64,000 nucleotides of DNA from an uncultured delta proteobacterium (GTDB lineage: Bacteria > Desulfobacterota > Binatia > Binatales > Binataceae), in NCBI GenBank assembly GCA_963724765.1, contig CAVRVY010000002.1, forward strand, positions 1 to 64,000, read 5' to 3'. The notes beneath the pieces were generated by a model. That model saw only the letters and a list, made by a program, of their open reading frames with translations. It was not told the origin of the DNA and made no database searches. Made by a program: the position numbers and the translations under genes. Positions within the stretch are counted from its first letter, which is position 1. Each line of letters begins with the position of its first letter. This document shows, piece after piece, positions 29,977-39,994 of this stretch.

Positions 29977-30479
29977 CTATTTTGCCAGACGCGGATCGGT
30001 TGTCTCGACACATCGAAGGCGGTCGGCGATTCTTTCGGGAGGGGGGGGGCGAGGCTCCGTCTGGGTGAAACATGTCGGCCTTGGGGTCGAACCAGCCCGC
30101 TCTGCTTTTGTACGTGCCACGAATCGCACCTTCGACGGGAGGCTACGGCGTCGGAAAGCGCTGCCGCGCCAGATCGGCCTCCTTTCGGGTAGACATAACC
30201 ACCCTTAGCCCTGAACCATTTGCCTTCGGATTGATAGTCTTGATCTGGAAGCGTGGTCGCCCGTAACGCTCCAGCCGGAAGGCTTGCGCTCTTGGCAAGA
30301 GCGTCTTGAAGCTCACGAGCGACTTTGGCAGTTTCGCACTTCTCCGCTGAGGCATACGCCCCAAGCTGATCCCACTGCGAAAGCGGCGGACTACCGTGCC
30401 ACCACTCCCAACCTGTTGGTTTCGGCGGCACCATCAGATACCAGCCGACCAAGGCGAGCAGCGGCGTGGCGAGGGGCAT
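29977..30479 (-). pseudogene. Small secreted protein of the ALVGWYL..DPRL family, copy 3 (frameshifted)
   Basis: LALVGWYLMVPP..PPLSQWDQLGAYASAEKC; the terminal RCVETTDPRLAK-stop is in another frame; G9 tract at 30041-30049. Confidence 0.7.
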
Positions 30480-30482
30480 CGC

Positions 30483-30787
30483 CTATTTTTCCTTGAGACG
30501 GGGATCGTCGGTCGCGACACATAGCGCCCAGAATCGCTCAGAACGAAAGCTGATTGATAGTCGCTTTTGGTGTTAGTCGAGCGTGCGGTATCCGCCAGAT
30601 GCTTCCACTTGGCCGCATCACACGCCTGCGCGGAGTCATACGAACCGATCTGTCTCCACTCGGGTAGCGCAGCTTTGTCGTTTGCCCAATAGAAAGTCTT
30701 GCCGCTGCCGTCGCTGCCCTCTTGCACGGGGGGAGCAAGCAGATGCCAGCCGACCAAGGCGAGCGCAGCGGCGTGGCGGGGTTTCAC
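30483..30787 (-). pseudogene. Small secreted protein of the ALVGWYL..DPRL family, copy 2 (frameshifted near the 3' end)
   Basis: MKPRHAAALALVGWHLLAPP..AALPEWRQIGSYDSAQAC; CVATDDP(R)LKEK-stop is recovered across indels. Confidence 0.75.
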
Positions 30788-30790
30788 TGC

Positions 30791-31126
30791 CTATCTCACC
30801 ATCAGGCGCGGATCGTCGGTGGCGATGCACTTTGCTCCATGCTCCGGCGAGCCCGGTTTCGCCGCATCTATGAGTCTTTTCTGCCCTTCTTCACAATCGC
30901 TAAGGGTCTCAAAGGGACTAGCTTCGTGCCACTCGGAGAGAGGCGCATTCATGTCTGCGATTTCCGCCCATCGTGCGCACTCCTTTTCGTTGCCGGTCCC
31001 AAAGAGTTCGTGAGACGCAGTGGCAGGCAAGCTCGTACCGCAGAGCCAATTCGTTTCGCTCATGCTGGGCGGCACCATCAGATACCAGCCGACCAAGGCA
31101 AGCGCAGCGGCGTGATGGAGTTTCAT
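30791..31126 (-). CDS. Small secreted protein of the ALVGWYL..DPRL family, copy 1 (intact, 111 aa)
   Basis: MKLHHAAALALVGWYLMVPP..NAPLSEW...FETLSDCE..KCIATDDPRL. Confidence 0.8.
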   Translation of the reverse strand: MKLHHAAALALVGWYLMVPPSMSETNWLCGTSLPATASHELFGTGNEKECARWAEIADMNAPLSEWHEASPFETLSDCEEGQKRLIDAAKPGSPEHGAKCIATDDPRLMVR

Positions 31127-31339
31127 GCGGCCCACCTGACAGACTCCGCCCTGCGTGCCACTTTGCTCAAGGCGGCGGGGACGCCGGTTGTGTCCTAATT
31201 TCAAGGGCGAGGTAGAAAACGATCCTCGAAGCGCTTACGTGCTGGCGAGTCTGGCTTTCCCAACTCGCCGTAACAGAAATCGCAGACCATCAGATTTATG
31301 GCCTGAACGTTTTGTAGTGGCCGACCTCGATTTAGCACG

Positions 31340-31560
31340 TTATTGCCCAGAAGGATCGGTACCCCCTCATCGACAAAGTATGAGGAAGGATTGACTACAA
31401 CACCGACGGTTATTTCCGGCGAAACATACTTCAGCCGTATCAACTCCCAATGCTCCGGCACGTCTTCCAACCATTCCATGCCTGACGGCTTCATCCGAAC
31501 GTCAGGGTCGACCCCGCGTGTAACGGCGCGGTAATGATTCCCTGCTTCTGCTCATTGACG
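31340..31560 (-). pseudogene. hsdS: Internal fragment of a type I restriction-modification specificity subunit
   Basis: RAVTRGVDPDVRMKPSGMEWLEDVPEHWE, the conserved HsdS spacer / second-TRD start. Confidence 0.75.
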
Positions 31561-31939
31561 AGTGCGATCAATTTTCGCTTATCTTAGCACGATTTGGGAT
31601 CGCGCAAGTGGGCGCTTCCGGCCGCGATTCGTTTTCCCAGGGCCTGCGGCAATCCATGCCCGAGTCCGGCCTTGTTGCGGCAGACCAGGCGAACGGAATT
31701 GTTCGCGTTCGCGCGCATCTGAGCGGGCACTTTGGCGAAGCTCATTAGCGCGCAAAACACGAACAGAGATACCGCGATCGACGTCATGGTCATTGCGGTG
31801 GCCGGGAATTACGCCCGAGGTCTCTGAGGATGATGCGCGCGAAGTCCATGCACCGATCCATTTGACGCGCTAGTTATGACTGCGAAAAGCGCGGGATCAC
31901 TCGAGCGCCATTGGCCAAGTCTTCTGGTCCGTGAAGAAT

Positions 31940-32150
31940 TACGAGGTCCCCAGTTTCGAGCGGGCCAAAGACCTCCTCGACTTCGCCCATAGCTTTCCCC
32001 TGCGAACGGGCACGCGTTCGACTCGACCGGCTTTGACCCTTTCCACTAGGGTGGCTTCGGTTGTATCTACAACCGCCGAAGCGGGCACGAAGAGGGTGGG
32101 TTGTGTCCGTCTTACCGGCCAGAGGACTTCCGCAAACATTCCGGGGTCAA
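31940..32150 (-). pseudogene. C-terminal fragment of an RND efflux periplasmic adaptor
   Basis: LTPG/E-MFAEVLWPV....TLFVPASAVV....RVERVPVRRG. Confidence 0.55.
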
Positions 32151-33245
32151 GCGAGTGCGACGATTCCGGAAATCAGACAGACCATAGACGCGGCGGACGT
32201 TGTCGCCCAGGACGTCGCGCCGGCGCTGTGGGTCGGCTATCCTGGCGCCGAATTTCTCGAGCTCCTCGATATAGTTGCCGGTATGATCGGGATGCGGAAA
32301 GTCGGTCGCCCAGAAAAAGCGATCGCTGCCGCACAGATCGACCATCGCGGGCAGTGACTTTTCGTCCGGATCGGCAGACACCCAGACGTTACGCCTGAAA
32401 TAGAAGCTTGGCTTTTCCTTCAGCGGAACGCCGCGTCCCATGACGCTGTCGTAGACCGCGTCCATCCGGTCGAGCCAGTATTGAATCCATCCGGCACCGA
32501 CTTCAAGAATCACGATCTTGAGCTTCGGGAACTTGTCAAAGGTGCCATATTGCATGAAGCTCGCGAGCGCATGACGGATCGCGTCGGACGCGGTGACGTT
32601 GAGGAACCAATGCTGCTTGCGCACATACTCTTTGTCGTAACGGCCCGGCCAGCACCATTGCGGTTCGAGCGAGACGTGAATGCCGAGCGGAACATCAAGT
32701 TCCTGCGCCTTGGCGAAAAGCACGTCGTGGTCGGTATGCGCGTGGGGCTTGCGATTCATCGTGAACTGCACGACCCATCCGCCCATGTGGCCGTCCTTAA
32801 CGGCGCGTTCGAGTTCGTCGGCGGCGGCCTTCGGATCACCCAATGACAAGTGTGCCACGGGAATCAGACGTCCGCCGCTATCAGCACACCAATCAGTGAT
32901 CCAGCGATTGTACGCCCGACACATCGCCTGCGCATAGTCCGCGTCGTCGCACTCGGTTTCCCACGTCAGCTCGAGGCTCGGGTAAATGATGGCGGCATCG
33001 AGGCCCTCGAGATCCAGGCGTTCGATACGCTCCTTGGCGTCGGCGGCGCCGAGCGGAAGCCGCTCGCCATATTTTATTCGCGGATCGAACTCCCCTTTTT
33101 CACGCGTCACCTGGCCCATCTGCGCAACCACGCCGAAGTTGCCGCCGCGGCTTACGCGCGAAGGCACGCCGTTGATTTCGAGATACTCGAGTCCGTCCTT
33201 GTCCTGCTTCATGCGGACCGCATTAGCCCGGTACTTGGCCTCGGG
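32112..33245 (-). pseudogene. Amidohydrolase_2-family gene, N-terminally truncated
   Basis: RLDLEGLDAAIIYPS, RAYNRWI, PLGIH, GTFDKFPKLKIVILEVGAGW, FWATDFPHPD; the N-terminal DxDxH metal motif is absent, with an in-frame stop just upstream. Confidence 0.75.
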
Positions 33246-34086
33246 CTATGGACGCTGCTCGAGCTTGCGCCATCGCCCAGCGTTGCGCGGCGCTTGCGAC
33301 CGAAGCGTGTCGAGCGCCTGCTGCACGCGGACCGCATTCGGCGCCTCAGCGCGGAAGAAGTCGTTTCCGCACTCCAGGCGCCGGCCCTGACAGTGGCCCC
33401 CGGCGTAGCCGATGCGGCCTCCGAACATATCGCCTTGCTCCTACCACCGCGCCGACTTTTCCGGTCCACCGCGAAAGCGCTCACTCCGTTAAGCTTCACA
33501 ATCTTGTCATGAAACTCGCCCTGACGCCGGCCGCCTCGTGGTCAGATAATGGGTACGGTCTCGTCGAGCAGCGCCAGCATCGCCGTCCTGATCGCGCCGG
33601 GCAGCGCTTCGAATCGGTTCACGGTGTACAGCCGGTAGACGTTCCGGATGGCGCGCTCGCGATCACCGGCAGCCTTCTCGACGGCGTGGCGCAGGCGCCT
33701 GAACTCGTCGGATCCGCCGAGCATCCGAGCCCTGTCACCTTTCTGCTGATAGGTCTTGTTCGCGCCCATTATGTAGACGTTCACCCTCCATCGAAGTTGC
33801 TTCCAATAAAAAGCCGTGTCCCCCACTCACCCCATAGTCCAATCCCGGGCCGGCGACCAAACCCGCGGCTGGGCGTTACTTTCGAAAGTAACCAAGCCGC
33901 CCGCGGTTAGGTTGAACGGTCCGCGTTGTGCTAGTCGTGTTCTATGGTTAGCGGCAACCGCCCCAGCCGACACGACCGCACGCATCTCCGGCTGGGGGCG
34001 GAACGGGCTACCCTAACGGCAGCCGCCCCGCCCGCGCGCCGGATGGTGACCGCGGTGGGGATTGGCTTCGGTGGAAAGGAATTCAG

Positions 34087-34305
34087 ATGAAAAGTGAAGA
34101 TGCCTCCAAAACGTCGCACTATACGGGGCCGATCAACGTCATGACCCTGCGCGAAGTTTCAGTTTACTTGCGAGTGCATCCGACCACGATCTACCGGATG
34201 CTGAAGCGCCATCAGCTTCCAGCGTTTCACGTGGGCAGTGACTGGCGCTTCAACATCGAAGCCATCGACCACTGGCGCTTGCAGCAGGGGAAGCCGGGCG
34301 ATTAG
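34087..34305 (+). CDS. Excisionase-like HTH DNA-binding protein (HTH_17)
   Basis: VMTLREVSVYLRVHPTTIYRMLKRHQLPAFHVGSDWRF; AAAGGA RBS. Confidence 0.85.
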   Translation: MKSEDASKTSHYTGPINVMTLREVSVYLRVHPTTIYRMLKRHQLPAFHVGSDWRFNIEAIDHWRLQQGKPGD

Positions 34306-35279
34306 TCGGCTCCTCGTTTGTGTGAGTCCACGGCGCGACGCCCAATTGCTTCGGACTCGGATACCATGTTGCTCCGAGGGCGTCGTAAGCCATATCGCCG
34401 CAATCGCGGACTCTGCAAGTGGCAGTCGCAGGAACAGTTACCTTTGCAGCGCTCGTGCTCTCCCGTTGAGCAGACAACGGTGTTCGAGCCCGGATACGGC
34501 CAGCTCGTGCTCATCCCTTAAGTGCCTCCGAGTAAAAAGATAGGAACTCGTTTAACCCAAACCGAACGCGTTGTGAGGAAGTTCCCAAGGGGTCGTTTTC
34601 GCGCGGATTCGAGTTAATATGGTCCCGTGAGTGACGAGGCTGCGACAGAAATAGCGCCTGCCCAACCGCGGACCCCATCGCGCGCCGCCCGAAAGCGCGA
34701 CGAGCGCGTGCGTAGAGTCGTGCGGCGCATCAAAAAGCACGCCACCAGACTCGACCAGCCGCATTTCGCAACGCTGCTCTACACTTACGGCACTTTTCCC
34801 TTAGTAACATGAGCCAACGCCGGATTTGTTGGGACCAATGCTGTAGCCTTCGATGTATTTGCTGTTCTTGGGGGCAAAGCGCGCGGGCATCAGGGGTCGG
34901 TGAACACCGAGTAGCACCAAGGACGGCCCGCCGACCGTCGGCGATGTCGAGAAATGGATCGAGCCGGGCGAGTCCTGATAAACCCGCTTCCCGCGTACAT
35001 CACGCGCCAAATTTCACCGGTTGGGTGATCGGAGCGGCGTGAAACGCTTGAGCTTTCGGCGGTGATGTGCGGCCAGTTCCTTGCCGAAGACGCGCCCCTT
35101 TTTCCACTTTGAGCGCATGATCTTGCGCGCTACGCCTTTACCTTTCGATGGCCGTCGGATGATCACTGTCCGATTCCCCCGTTCGAGTGCCGATGGTGAG
35201 CGCGCCGGTAGGACTGCGCATCGGCCTGCGGCGCGATGACGAATACCAATACACCGACGAGCAGTGCGACCGGGGCGCC

Positions 35280-35408
35280 GATCGTCCGCCGTTGGCGCAG
35301 AAACTTGGGCAGGATATCGCGCTCGAAAAAGACCCCCGGATGCACCGGCGCGCGCGTGATCTTATCGCGTTCAACCGCAAATTCTTCGGTCATCGTCTTC
35401 GTCTCCAT
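35280..35408 (-). pseudogene. N-terminal fragment of a HigA-like antitoxin
   Basis: RAPVHPGVFFERDILP (HPG motif), after which similarity is lost. Confidence 0.45.
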
Positions 35409-35945
35409 TGTCTCCGTCTCGCTTGGTGTTGCCCCTGTCCATCACCGCCGCGCGACTTGCGCGTCTGGCTAGTGGTACTGTTCGAGATCGACTCGCCGGG
35501 CGCGTGGAGCATCCCACTCGAACGTGATGCACCACGGGCCGTTGATGTGAATGCTGTGGCGCACCGGCTTGCTACACACGCTCGTGCTGAAAACTCCGAC
35601 AGCGGCGAAAATTCACCCTATTCCGACGACGACAACGATGGCGACGACTTAGCGTTTATCGAGCCAGAGGGCTAAACGGTGGTGGCGTGGGTACTCGCAT
35701 CAATGGCGCGAGCCCTGGCTGATGAGCGTACCCTCGCTGCTGATGAACAGTTCTTCGCGCAGTCCATGACCCTCGCTTCACTAAATCGGGCAAGGATGAA
35801 GTGATCGACCCCGGAGTTGTGGACAAGCGCATTCCGCGTGGGAGTGATTGATCTTTTCTAGCGCCTCGGGTCATGCCCCGGCAATCGCGGGATGCGGCGC
35901 CGTCGTGCGCGCGCGGCCGCGGCCGCACACGCGGGGTATGCCGCT

Positions 35946-36216
35946 TCAGTCGGCGACCATCCTGATACGCCGGATGCCGCAGTGTGGCTCGATCCCCATG
36001 TACTGGTAGTAACGCTGATGGTATTCCTCGGCGCGATAGAATATCGCGGCTGGAACAATCTGGGTGACGATGGGTCTGCCGAGCACACCCGATTCGTCGA
36101 GACGCTTCAGTGAGGTTTCCGCCGCCGCCTTCTGTCTGAAGTCGTGGTAGAAGATCACCGAGCGATATTGAGTGCCGACATCGGGTCCCTGCCGATTCAC
36201 CGTGGTCGGGTCGTGA
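35946..36216 (-). pseudogene. msrA: C-terminal half of peptide methionine sulfoxide reductase A
   Basis: [23 protein letters not shown] and [11 protein letters not shown]; the N-terminal GCFWG half is replaced by IS1380 sequence. Confidence 0.85.
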
Positions 36217-36219
36217 ATT

Positions 36220-36576
36220 TCCCGCCCGGTGGGAAGGGCCAGCTACAGACCGCTGGTCCGATACAAGAGCTTTCTCTATCAGGCGGCCAGTTGGAAGACG
36301 GCGCGGCGGGTGGTGGCGAAGGTAGAGTTCCACTTCGGCGAGTTGTTTCCCCGTGTCGGATTCATCGTGACTAATCTTACAGCTTCAAACCGGGCGGTGG
36401 TGCGGTTCTATAACAAGCGCGGCAGGGCGGAACAGTGGATCAAGGAAGGCAAGCAAGCGGTCGCGATGACGCGGCTTAGCTGTCACCGCTTCCGCTCCAA
36501 TGAAGTGCGGCTGTGGCTGAGCGTGATTGCTTATAACCTCGGGAACTTGTGGCGCCGGCTGGCGCTGCCGACGCAG
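36220..36576 (+). mobile_element. Internal fragment of an IS1380-family transposase
   Basis: YQAASWKTARRVVAKVEFHFGELFPRVGFIVTNL..FYNKRG.AEQWIKEGK..RLSCHRF..NEVRL. Confidence 0.8.
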
Positions 36577-36942
36577 ATGTCGAAGAGTTCACCTACCCAG
36601 CCCAAAGGCTCCCTTGATCGTGGCAAGCCGCAGCCGCAGAAAACGTTTCACACCCCTCTTCGTAGGCCATCATGGCGAGCGCTCTTCGGAGCCCGGATTA
36701 CATTCATCTGGATCCACATGAAACCGAATCGCGGTCGCGGAACTATTCGCTCCCTAGATAATGGGCAGGGCCGACTATCGGTCAGCCTGCTTTCTAAAAT
36801 TGGCTGTAACACAGAAGTGCCATCGCGGGAGGCGCTACGGCGGTACACTTTCGTGTGTCAAACGCGCATTTTCGTTCCAGAAATAACTAACGCATACCGA
36901 ACGTATGACCAGCGATCCACACCAGTATGGTAGATTGGCGCG

Positions 36943-37689
36943 ATGCGCGCCGCGCGAGTGTCAGGATTCCGAAGATTACGGGAACTTAAGAACATATCTT
37001 GGCTGTCGTCCCGCCAGCTGAATAGACTTGGCGATGCGCTGACGATAAGCAGGATTCAAAAGCGCGGCGTCATTTTCGATGAGAAGCACTCTCCTGAATC
37101 CGCTTACGTCTTACTCTCGGGGGTCGCGCGCATTACCTGCCGCAATCGCAAGGGCGATCGCACGCTGATGATGATGGTCGCGCCGGGCATGATTCCAGGT
37201 CTTCCCGAGGTGATTGCGGGAATCAGATATGACTTCCGCTGCGAAGCAGTTACCGACTGCCAAGTGGGAAACGTCACTCTGGCGACATTCATCGAAATCG
37301 CTCTGGGAATCGCATCTGCAGACTTCAAGCGCATGGCCGCCAGCTATTCGGGACCATGGGATCTATTGCAGTTGCGTTGCGCGAATTTCCCGGGCTGCAC
37401 GCTGGAAGAACGAGTCGCATTGACACTGCTGGAGCTAAGCGAGAATTTCGGTATGCGCGATCGACGAGGGGTGCGACTAAAACTGCCAGCTACGCACAAG
37501 GATCTTGCTGAACTGGTCGGCGCGACACGTCCGCGGGTGACCGAGCATCTCATCAGCTTTGAACGCAAGCACCTGATTGTACGCGACGGACGGCAGTTGA
37601 TTCTTAGACGCGACCGGCTGGAGAGCTTTCTTGAGGAGAGAGCTCCATCCTCCAACCTCGGCGACGCTGGAGATTTCCTCGGGCCGTAG
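36943..37689 (+). CDS. Crp/Fnr-family transcriptional regulator (copy 2)
   Basis: Close paralogue of 18534-19298 over its whole length. Confidence 0.9.
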   Translation: MRAARVSGFRRLRELKNISWLSSRQLNRLGDALTISRIQKRGVIFDEKHSPESAYVLLSGVARITCRNRKGDRTLMMMVAPGMIPGLPEVIAGIRYDFRCEAVTDCQVGNVTLATFIEIALGIASADFKRMAASYSGPWDLLQLRCANFPGCTLEERVALTLLELSENFGMRDRRGVRLKLPATHKDLAELVGATRPRVTEHLISFERKHLIVRDGRQLILRRDRLESFLEERAPSSNLGDAGDFLGP

Positions 37690-37881
37690 CCCTTCAGAGG
37701 TCTTAGTCTTTGAGGCTGTGCGGCCACACCGCTCGAAAGCGGCCGAGGAGAAAATTTCGTTGCGAGCCCCTACCAGGCGGCAAATTTCGCAGATTCGGTT
37801 TGCGAGAGGTAGGACGAGAATTGAACGAACGTACGCTCGATGCGAAGGCGGTCATGGGCAAAATGCCCCGGAGGTATAGCC

Positions 37882-38865
37882 ATGCCAAGTGAAGTATTGC
37901 GAGAGCTCATTCTAGAACTTACCGAACCCGATCGGCTTGAAATCATCCGCGAGGCAGGGACACCTGACGATAGGCCGTCGCTCTTGCGCGGGGAGGCGGA
38001 GGAAGGACTGGTGGAAGAGGCCGATGCTTGGGTGACTCAGAATGGAGCCAAGATACTTCCGTACCTCTTGCGAAGAATCGATCCTTCAGACGATGAGATG
38101 GTCCAGCTTGTTCAAAGCGGAATCTTGCCTTTTGACCGTACTCTGCTGGAGCCGCGCGAATTTCTTGTTCGGTTTAGCCACCCGGCGATGCGCGGTGCTC
38201 TCGATGGTGGGCTGCCACTTTCCGAAATCGCAGCCACCTCGTTGGCTCTGACCGAACTCATTACCTCGCTGTTGGCGGCAAATCGCTCCTTTGGCGCGGA
38301 TGCGGTGATGCCGACTGTACGGATTGCTGCGGGCTCGGTTGACTTTCTCACCACGGGTCCTGGTCTCATCGGTGGTGGGTTGAGTTTACTCGCTGTGTGC
38401 GGGGTCGGCGTGATTTCTGCCCCCGTCATACCAGGAACGGCTGTCACGGGTGCGATCGATTTGGCGCTGAATTGGCAGAAGCAAAGTTCCGAAAAGGGAA
38501 GAAGCGACGCTGAGCGCGCGAAAACCGATGCCGAGAGGGCACGAGCGGATGCCGAGAGGGCAAGAGCCAATGCCAAAAAGATCGAAGCAGAAACAATCGG
38601 CCAGGAACTAGAGAATGAAATGAAGCGCATCCGACTGGGCAACTTGCCGGCTCAAGCGGAAGCCCATCGGGCGGTGAAGGCGGAAACGCCTCCGGCGTCA
38701 TTCTTTGTTCCTTTTGCGCTGATTGAGCGAAGCTCCCGGGAAAATGGCTTGGCGGCAGGGCACGGTGTTCATCTAGTCAATCGAGCATTGCCGTCGCTAT
38801 TCGGAATTCTGCGAGTGATGCCCGGACTGCTGATTTCCGTTGAAAATAATGCGGGGAATAGTTAG
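37882..38865 (+). CDS. Hypothetical protein with a Gly-rich hydrophobic segment and heptad-repeat coiled coil
   Basis: GGAGGT RBS before ATG 37882; GPGLIGGGLSLLAVCGVGVISAPVIPG then SDAERAK/TDAERAR/ADAERAR/ANAKK (21-bp repeats at 38503-38580). Confidence 0.65.
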   Translation: MPSEVLRELILELTEPDRLEIIREAGTPDDRPSLLRGEAEEGLVEEADAWVTQNGAKILPYLLRRIDPSDDEMVQLVQSGILPFDRTLLEPREFLVRFSHPAMRGALDGGLPLSEIAATSLALTELITSLLAANRSFGADAVMPTVRIAAGSVDFLTTGPGLIGGGLSLLAVCGVGVISAPVIPGTAVTGAIDLALNWQKQSSEKGRSDAERAKTDAERARADAERARANAKKIEAETIGQELENEMKRIRLGNLPAQAEAHRAVKAETPPASFFVPFALIERSSRENGLAAGHGVHLVNRALPSLFGILRVMPGLLISVENNAGNS

Positions 38866-39226
38866 CAGCGGCCGACGATGGGCTGGCCCCCCTCTCGCGC
38901 GCCGCGAACGACACGCCGCGCAAATCTCACGGCGCCACTAAAACATTCACGCGCCCACCTCACGCCTAAATTTTACCGGCGGCGAAAATTTTTATAGCAA
39001 CTTGAACAAAATAATTTGACATACTCACACGGCTAGCGTTTGCGATCTGTCTAGGTGACTTGCGCACCTTCGCATCCATTGGTAACATAACATTAGTTGA
39101 TCGCGGGGCGAGCGCGAGTATTAAGTTATCGCGACTCGAAGTCGGCCAGGGGCTACAGGGGAACGTTGCGCGGGATAGCCGCGCACCTTTGTGGCCCTGG
39201 TTTTTTTTAGCGGCGAAGAATCGAGG

Positions 39227-39273
39227 TGTAAGCGCCGGAGAGAAAATCCCCCAGTGAAGCAGCCGGATAGACC
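39227..39273 (+). mobile_element. Isolated IS21-family left end
   Basis: TGTAAGCGCCGGAGAGAAAATCCCCCAGTGAAGCAGCCGGATAGACC closely matches the reverse complement of 9140-9186. Confidence 0.8.
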
Positions 39274-39530
39274 TGTCCCTACTGAAAACTCGGAAAGCAT
39301 CGAAAGGTCTGGCGATTTATCTTGCCCTGCCATAGGGTCGCGGGCATGCTTGCATTCATCTCGGAACTTCTGTCATGGCTCGCTGGTCGGTTCCGCAACC
39401 GCGCGTAGTTGGAGCTCGAGATCATTGCGCTTCGGCACCAACTGGCAGTTCTGCGTCGCCAGCGTCCCGGACGGCCCCGGCTCTCCGCGCTCGATCGTCT
39501 ACTTTGGATCTGGCTCTACCGGGTCTGGTC
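39274..39530 (+). mobile_element. 5' remnant of an integrase-core IS inserted into the IS21 end
   Basis: End TGTCCCTACTGAAAACTC; ELEIIALRHQLAVLRRQRPGRPRLSALDRLLWIWLYRVW. Confidence 0.7.
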
Positions 39531-39580
39531 GAGCGACTTGAACAGCTATGCAGATTTCCCGAGAGATAAAGGCGGCCTTC

Positions 39581-39697
39581 TCACTCGATGCCCAGCACTC
39601 TTTTCTGAGCTGCCCAGTCGAGCGGCAACGCGGTGCGTTTGAGCAGTGTCTGCGCGGTAAGCTCCCTCGGCTGGCGACCTTCAACGATGGCCTCGAT
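39581..39697 (-). pseudogene. C-terminal tip of a serine recombinase paralogue
   Basis: IEAIVEGRQPRELTAQTLLKRTALPLDWAAQKRVLG versus VEAIVEGRQPADLSTLAMTQRIELPPLWSAQQQAL in 56592-58280; not in the ORF track. Confidence 0.75.
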
Positions 39698-39722
39698 TTG
39701 TAAACTCCTACGGGTGTCGACA

Positions 39723-39994
39723 CTACTCGCGTCCCATGAAACCCTCGAGGTTACGCGAGCGTCCGGTCTGGCGCAGCTTACGCAGCGCCTTGGCCTCGAT
39801 CTGTCGAATGCGTTCGCGTGTCACCGCGAATTGCTTGCCGACCTCTTCTAGCGTGTAGTCTGTCTTTTGACCGATGCCGAAGCGCATGCGCAGGATCTGC
39901 TCCTCGCGCGGCGTCAGCGTTGCCAGCACTTTGCGGGTCTGTTCGCCCAGGTTGCTCTGGATCGCGGTCTCCATCGGCGAGGGCGCCAGCTCAT
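39723..39994 (-). pseudogene. rpoD: RpoD-type sigma-70 region 4 fragment
   Basis: [53 protein letters not shown]; cut by an IS end at 39995. Confidence 0.85.

Noticed and set aside
29977-31126. Possible CRISPR array or integron attC cassettes
   Set aside because: The repeats are protein-coding, imperfect and about 90 bp with 200-400 bp between them. No cas genes, no clear attC palindromes, and the nearby recombinase looks phage-type rather than IntI.
33246-33830. Short ORFs between the amidohydrolase and the HTH gene
   Set aside because: They may be gene fragments, but I could not recognise any family, so they are not called.
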